This document shows, piece after piece, positions 55,689-56,494 of a stretch of DNA of 56,494 bases. The notes beneath the pieces were generated by a model. That model was not told where the DNA came from and made no database searches. It saw only the letters and a program-made list of their open reading frames with translations. Position 1 is the stretch's first letter; every line of letters starts with the position of its first letter. The position numbers were made by a program, and so were the translations under genes. Source of the DNA: Candidatus Nomurabacteria bacterium (GTDB lineage Bacteria; Patescibacteriota; Minisyncoccia; Phycocordibacterales; UBA9973); assembly GCA_943356675.1 (NCBI GenBank), contig CALRFQ010000003.1, positions 1 to 56,494 on the forward strand, read 5' to 3'.

Positions 55689-56494
55689 TTATACCCTATT
55701 TTTCTTGAAATATCGATAATGTATATACATGAATGACTTCAATAACACTAGTATCAGTATAATTATCAACATTATAAGTATTGGTGAAGTAAGTATAACC
55801 TCTTCCATGTTGCCATTCGCGTCGTATGCCCTTACTATAATCCTATAAAATGGATTCTGGTATGTGAGCAAGTACGGGCTATCAGATATGGTGCAATTTT
55901 TTGTAGTATATTCACACACATTGTAGTGATCGATCCCTGTACCCTTATCTTGAGAACTGTATACAATAAAATACTTTCCATCAAAAAGAGAAGCGTCTTT
56001 TGTACGAGTAATCTTGAAACTCTGCGGAGGGACAGTATCAGTATTGTCTAATTTTTCAATATCATTTGTATCACTTTTAACTATTCCTAATATTTTATTT
56101 TTAACAGATGTCTTGTCTTGAGTACCCAGCCCGTCACTTAAGTATATGAGAGCATTACCAATTTCTATTTTAGAATCACCGGTATTTTGCCCTCTAAACA
56201 CTACAGAGAAAACTTCACTATTTGTCATAGTTAAACCTCCAGGCACAATACCACTAAAGTGAATTCTACCTGTATTTAACACTGTTGGTTTCTCTACCCA
56301 AAAACTAATGAAAGAATTCCCAATATTCACTCTTTCGGCAACAAGAGATTTATTATCGTACACCAAATCCCCTTCTATTGTATTTATAGACTTACTTTCA
56401 GAATCAAGCAAAACAGTTGCCGTAACGAGGCCGCCAGTTTTAACAGTATCCCTTTCAGTGCTAATACTGAATAAAGACGCATAAGCACTATGTG
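55689..56494 (-). CDS. Cohesin-like-domain surface protein, 5'-truncated by window edge
   Basis: Frame stays open to the window end (SAYASLFSISTERD...); INTIEG, FWVEKP, GIVPGG, DTVPP, C-terminal TM. Confidence 0.72.
   Translation of the reverse strand, partial: HSAYASLFSISTERDTVKTGGLVTATVLLDSESKSINTIEGDLVYDNKSLVAERVNIGNSFISFWVEKPTVLNTGRIHFSGIVPGGLTMTNSEVFSVVFRGQNTGDSKIEIGNALIYLSDGLGTQDKTSVKNKILGIVKSDTNDIEKLDNTDTVPPQSFKITRTKDASLFDGKYFIVYSSQDKGTGIDHYNVCEYTTKNCTISDSPYLLTYQNPFYRIIVRAYDANGNMEEVILTSPILIMLIIILILVLLKSFMYIHYRYFKKNRV

Overview
56.5 kb of a Patescibacteria (CPR, most likely Parcubacteria) chromosome. The assignment is inferred from the absence of uL30 at its locus, the CPR-type Cys-rich proteins, the VirD4-like ATPase, the cohesin cluster, the lack of Shine-Dalgarno (SD) sites and code 11. 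The window carries recG, ftsH, smpB/tmRNA, tRNA-Ser(GCT), tRNA-Ile(TAT), an almost complete de novo purine cluster (purL-Q-F-N-D, purE-M-C-B) that is unusual for CPR, infC-rpmI-rplT, nucleotide kinases and HD/CYTH enzymes, and a tuf-S10-spc ribosomal cluster broken by inserted genes. The most striking signals are short non-coding elements. (1) A five-copy family of about 120-160 bp structured elements, with a variable terminal stem, a GACG-capped hairpin, a C-AGYA-G hairpin with a 3' bulged A, and compensatory changes. All five point the same way on the + strand, and two sit in frame inside pgm and truB. (2) A two-copy element of about 120 bp bounded by CCCGTTAGAGAT inverted repeats and inserted exactly at start codons, apparently duplicating the ATG. 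(3) A DUF559 nuclease cassette bounded by hairpin inverted repeats. (4) A tRNA-Ser 3'-end duplication split in the T-loop. (5) A 6S-like RNA with its own promoter and terminator. At least ten genes have a -10 hexamer exactly 6 nt before the ATG, which is leaderless geometry. All family assignments come from motif recognition by eye; no searches were run.
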